Shown here piece by piece: positions 59,203 through 64,000 of a stretch of 64,000 nucleotides of DNA. This DNA comes from Amoebophrya sp. A120 (Eukaryota; Protista; Dinoflagellata): contig CAJINV010000007.1 in NCBI GenBank assembly GCA_905178155.1, positions 528,020 through 592,019 of the forward strand. The letters run 5' to 3'. The notes under the pieces were generated by a model, which was given only the letters and a program-made list of their open reading frames with translations, had not been told where the DNA came from and searched no databases. The first letter of the stretch is position 1; every line of letters starts with the position of its first letter. The position numbers were made by a program, and so were the translations under genes.

Positions 59203-62200
59203 ATGTCGGGTTGCCCCGTCTGCCTGGAGGACTATGACACGGCGGACAACCGGCCATTTGTCTGGCCCAGCTGCGGACACGGGGTCTGCCGCCACTGTCT
59301 CTCCCACATAGAACACAGGGAGGGCACGCGGAACCCCAAATGCCCCACGTGCCGAGTGGCCGGCTGTCGCCCCTGCTTCAACCGCCAACTCGCCGACTTC
59401 TTGGAGGAGAGAGCTGCGGCAAAGGAGGAAAGTGGCCAGAATGTTGGTACAACTTCTTCTTCTTTATCGCCGCAGAATAGTACAGCTCTACTTAGCAGCA
59501 GGAGTAGCAGAACGGAGGGAAAGAAAGTTCGCAGACTGCTCCACCTTCTGTTTTACCACCTTATCGACGCCGTGGGCAACTGTTGTCTTCTCTTTGGCTA
59601 TCCTGAGTAGAAACACGGCCCACGGCACGAGGACCCCAGAGGTGTCATGCAGATTTGCATCTAGAAGTACAGGATTTGGAGCATTTATAATTGCACACGA
59701 CCCGCCCCATGAGGGGCAAAAGCATTTCTGGTCGACGTGTTTTCGCATTTGTACTTACGCTGTAAACAAGGTGTGTGATGCGGCTGTCCTTTCTATTAAC
59801 CAGCACTACACTTCTGCAGAAAGAAACTGGATGACATACGTGACTCCCGAGCAAGCTTTGAGATTTTTGTTGCAGAGGTGGTTCCAACTTGATGACTTTG
59901 GGGTGTCGTGGACGTTTTCTTTTTCACAGGATACGGGCTTTATGATTTTCGTTGGGGTGATATGGAGAAAAAAAAGTTTGTCACAGTCACTAACTTGCAG
60001 GCTTTGCATTACAAATTTTCTCAGCATCACAAACTTTCCTTGTATTGCAGAAACACTAGGGAAATCCCTAATAAAGTTTGGCTATGATGCATTTTGACGC
60101 ATGACAAACAATTTTGTATTGCAAAAATACGCATGAGTGATCGTGACGAACTTTTTTTCTTTGATAGGTGATCTTTATGACGGGCTCCCGAACCAACTCG
60201 TATGCAAATGCAATGCAAATATGATGTCTGGACGAGCTGGGTCCGGATCTGTCCTGCGATTGCGAAATTTCAAGGGCAACCAGATCTGTAATGCCTGGAT
60301 AGGTGTGGCATTCGGATTCGCATTCGCATTGCCAATGGGCAGCTTTTTTGTCGTGTTGGGAGGGAGTTTGGCATGCGTTTCATTACGAATAAATCTACAA
60401 AAAGCCACGTCGCAAAAGAACTTCTGATGCTGCTACTACACCGTAATATCGAAGCGGCCACTCAGCAGAGCAAGTATCAACATCGCAAATTTCCAGATCC
60501 AGATCGATAATTTGCAATGCATAGTTCGAGCAATTCTACCATCGCTCGTTTTGGGAGAAGATACTCAGCGGAAAAGACGGCCTACTTGAGTCACTGCGCG
60601 GCATCGGGACCCTACTTCTTTTCCTCGGGAGGTGTTTCTGGGCGTTCTATGAGTACCTCCACGCGGGAGTTTTTTTCGTGTGGAACCTGCTTTCCGAGCA
60701 CGCTGCTTCCGCGTGGAATTTCCTGTACGACCTGGGTGGCCTTCTACCCGGAGCCTGTCACCCGGAGGGAGGCACGCGTTTCTATCCCAGAGAAAAAAGC
60801 AGGCAGGGCATATTGGCAAAAATAAACACACAGCAGAAAAATCTGTCATGGGCGGCCCGTTGGCGTGCTGCTCAGGATGCGCAGTGCTGATGTATTAATT
60901 TTGCATTTACAAATATGACCTGCCTGCTTTATTTTTTCTGTGTGATGCTTTCCACTGGAACACTGTCCGGATCCTCGGAGACATGGATGCCTGTTGGGAG
61001 TTTGTGAGAAAGCTGCCCCTGATCCGGCTACTGTTCTGCGCTGGTACATCAACTATGGGCGGTGCAGCGGACAGCGCAGGAGCATCGACAACTGCAACCT
61101 TTGTGGACCACGGGTTAATAAACGCGACTCAGCCCGCGGCCCAGACGGTGATGAAAAACGTGAATGACTTTGCCAGGACCGGTATCCTATGCAGAAACGT
61201 CCCCACCCCAGATTTGTAATGCGAATCTGCATCCTCAAAGCGTTTCTCATGCGGAGACCCATGAGAAGCACTTCTTTCTAGTGGTGTTTTGTGCTTTGTG
61301 ATGCAAGAATCAGCATGTAATGCAAGATCTGTGATTCTGCTGCACTAGCGAAACACGACAACGCTGCGCGCTCAAATTTGTCATGCGCAACAACCAAGGC
61401 TTGTTGATCTCTCTAGCAAGTTTCCCATCTTGACTAGCAACAGGATCCCATCTTGACTAGCAAGTTTCCCATCTTGATCTCTCTAGCAAGTTTCCCAGGG
61501 ATCGCATCGTAGAAATAGGTCGGTCATTCGTGTTTGGCTCATCGCGGTTGCCACGTCGTTAGCGCAAGGTTTTGACTAGGTATGAAAAAAAAAAAAAATT
61601 AAACATAACAGAAAAAAGCACAACAATGATACCAGCACCTCCCCAATGAAGGGGAGGTGTTTGCATGATATTTCTTTTTTCTCATCCAAAAACTTAGACC
61701 ATTTTTTTTTCTTGATAAGAAGGGGGAAGTCCTTGCATGGAGTCCTAGTTAAGACACATATGCATAAGCTGCTCCAGGTCAGGGCAACTATCACAGACAA
61801 AAGTGCAGATGGAGCATGGGTGTTCTACTTGTGTGAAGTGTGATAGGCCGTGGCTGCAGGTTTCGATTACCAAAAGATTCTGAATGCGCGGCACTAAACC
61901 TTCAAGTAGGTAACAACATCTGCTATGTGATATGTATTCTGAGAAAGTCTCTCGCTGCATTTTCGAATGTGAAACTATGTATGAGCACTGGCTTGGAATA
62001 GCAAATATGTATGCAGAGTAATGTGATGAAGAATACAGAGTGCCTTAACAAAGAAAGGACATGGCTTCTTTTCATCTTAGGGGGCCCAAAGGAAAGGGAG
62101 AAAGAGAAGCAACAGCGGAGGAAGAAGACTAAAGAAAAGAGGCGCCAGGTACGAATGGGTCTGCGACCTCCTTGCTATCGTGTTGCCGCACCATAGCGAG

Positions 62201-63354
62201 GTAAGTGCCAGACTCAGGGAGCTACCTGCTGATCGGAGCAACAGACCAAGACTGAAGGGCTGGACGGGACAGGTATTGACGTGTGAGCGCTCTGTGCCTG
62301 ACACGTCACACATAGCAACAGAGATCAAACGGGCGATACGATTCACACACCACGCCGATGTTGCTATCTGGAGGCAAATCGCAGTCGCATCGCACCCCCG
62401 GGAGAAAAATTAAAGACACAGATGAGAAAAGGGAAAGGCACGCAACTAGGTGACGCGCACTTTTGTACATCTATTTCTCATCGAGTCCAGCAGAATGAGC
62501 CAAGGACACCGCCACCAATCCGTCAGCGGCCGCCCCAGGGTGGTAGGTGTCGACCAGACCGACGGCGATATATTCTGCTGGGTGTGGGATATAGATTGCC
62601 AAAAGAGGAGGGAAGTATGTCAAAATATGCATGAATTGAGTGTGACTCCCGGTAGGGAAGAGCACTAGTGAGCTTGAATTACCTCTAACTATTTAAAACT
62701 ACAGTTTGGCATGCAGAGGTAAGGCAAGCTTGCGCCACCGATCTGTGGGAGGCCTAGATAATTATTGAAACTGGAAGTGAAGTTGTCATGCATGACTTTG
62801 TATTGACTTGTATGAAAAGCCTATGCACTGTGTAGAGCTAAGATTTGTATGAAAAATGAAATTTGTATGAACACTTCCAAGTGCGATAATTTCTGGTAAC
62901 ATTCTAGCGGCAAGAATAGTACCAGTCTGGGCCTCCGCAGGGAGGTAGGAAGACATACTCGAGGCAGGGCGCTAGCCTCTTTGCGCGCTAGGGCCCGAGG
63001 CCCCTTTTCCTTTTCTCCTTATTTTTTTTTTGCATGCGGGTAGCCGTGTATAGAGGCGCATCCCCTCCCGCAGGCAAAAAAAAAAAAAAAGTTTCCCATC
63101 TTGACTATGGGGTGGGGACGTTTTCCCTCAGGATAACCGGTCTTCATGGAGCAACAACATCAAAAGCGCTGGCTTTTTCGTCCACCCCGGAACAACCTTT
63201 CGACGCAGCATCGGTGGAGATGTGGAAAAATAGTGGGTTTTGTCCACTCGCGGCGGTAGAGATGTGCACTGATTGGGGGGTGATGCCGCGGGTGTTTCTG
63301 TCGTTTTGCGAAACCGCCGTCGTGAAAGGATTGGTGGGGAGGGTACAGAATTGA
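59203..63354 (+). CDS. RING finger membrane protein, tandem paralogue of 57421 (5 introners)
   Basis: Near-identical RING. Downstream LPNQL..YHRSFWEKILSGKD aligns to the paralogue's VPTQL..YESTLFEK..QGKD. Ends ..LVGRVQN*. One junction needs non-standard splicing. Confidence 0.6.
59599..59933. mobile_element. Family-B introner
   Basis: DR TTGGC/CGGGC. Confidence 0.78.
59961..60166. mobile_element. F-like introner
   Basis: TSD GGTGA. Confidence 0.8.
60201..60523. mobile_element. Diverged A-like introner
   Basis: DR ACTCG/GTTCG. Confidence 0.7.
60783..60947. mobile_element. Family-E introner
   Basis: DR GTTTC/CTTTC. Confidence 0.85.
61183..63135. mobile_element. Family-B introner enlarged by a nested retroposon
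   Basis: TATCCTATGCAGAAACGTCCCCACCCC..GGGGTGGGGACGTTTTCCCTCAGGATA; TSD ACCGG. Confidence 0.88.
61437..63088 (+). mobile_element. Poly(A) non-LTR-type retroposon insertion
   Basis: TSD AAGTTTCCCATCTTGACTA (61418-61436 / 63089-63107); 3' end ATCCCCTCCCGCAGGC+A15; internal homology to 26652-27884. Confidence 0.8.
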
Positions 63355-64000
63355 GGAGGAAAGGATGTTGTTCTACAACTACTTGCGAGGAGGAAAGTAC
63401 TATTCATACTTTTACACAGTACTAACTGTTGATACACGTACATACATCAGAACTACACCGGGACCACCTCGAGCCGAAGTGCAGAATATACGACATTTTC
63501 TCTGGAAATGAACTCGTCCGGTCCCTACTACATTCAGTCCCCGTGATGTCTTCGCCCCCAAAAAACAGTGAAGATCTGTCAGACTGTGCTGGAAGCATTT
63601 TCTCAATCTGCTGTGGCCGTTGGCGGATCGGTCGCCTGTGTTGACGTGTCATGATTCTTCCTGTAACCGTCACAAACCGCTGGTTCATCTACGATAGACC
63701 AGACTCGGGGCCCTTCCACGGTATTAAGTATCATCGGATGAAGATCCTTTTGGTGCCGGTCCCAATGTGCTAGTAACACACCGACCAGGCTGTATCTGTA
63801 TCACGACCTTCCACGAAAATGAAGTAAGTAAAAAAACTTTTGTCAAGATGGTTTCTGTAGTTTCTCTCCCCATGCTCCTCTCGTTTCAGTTTCTCTTACT
63901 CAATTTCGTGGTCGAGACTGCGCAGCGCGCCACCGCGTATCCCGGGTTGACTAACGTTCGGGGCGGCGGCAAGAACGGTCGAACAAATGCGGGGACGAGG

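Noticed and set aside
61533-61541. Relic dinoflagellate spliced leader (TTTGGCTCA) near the insert 5' end
   Set aside because: Only a 9-nt match and the rest of the leader is absent, so it is compatible with chance.

Overview
Eukaryotic, gene-dense genomic DNA. By inference it is a syndinean dinoflagellate such as Amoebophrya, where inverted-repeat non-canonical introns ('introner elements') are known. About 11 protein genes lie almost all on the + strand: three type-I membrane proteins, a DDX42-like DEAD-box helicase, a RAP-domain protein, a COPI-associated/EF-hand membrane protein, a His/Glu-rich protein, a very large NHL-repeat protein, a SHOCT protein, ZNF593/Bud20 and two tandem RING-TM paralogues. 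The genes are interrupted by about 60 elements of roughly 140-335 bp, in at least 9 terminal-inverted-repeat (TIR) families. Nearly all begin TAT and end ATA, sit between 5-bp direct repeats (target-site duplications, TSD), lack GT-AG ends and occur in either orientation. They carry many copies of a TGTNATGC/GCATNACA motif. Removing element+5 nt rejoins the host reading frame at almost every junction I checked by hand. Three poly(A)-tailed retroposon insertions with a shared 3' end (ATCC[G/C]CTCCCGCAGGC-An) each sit inside one of these elements. No transposase or reverse transcriptase ORF is visible. All coordinates and splicing were derived by eye and need RNA-seq confirmation.
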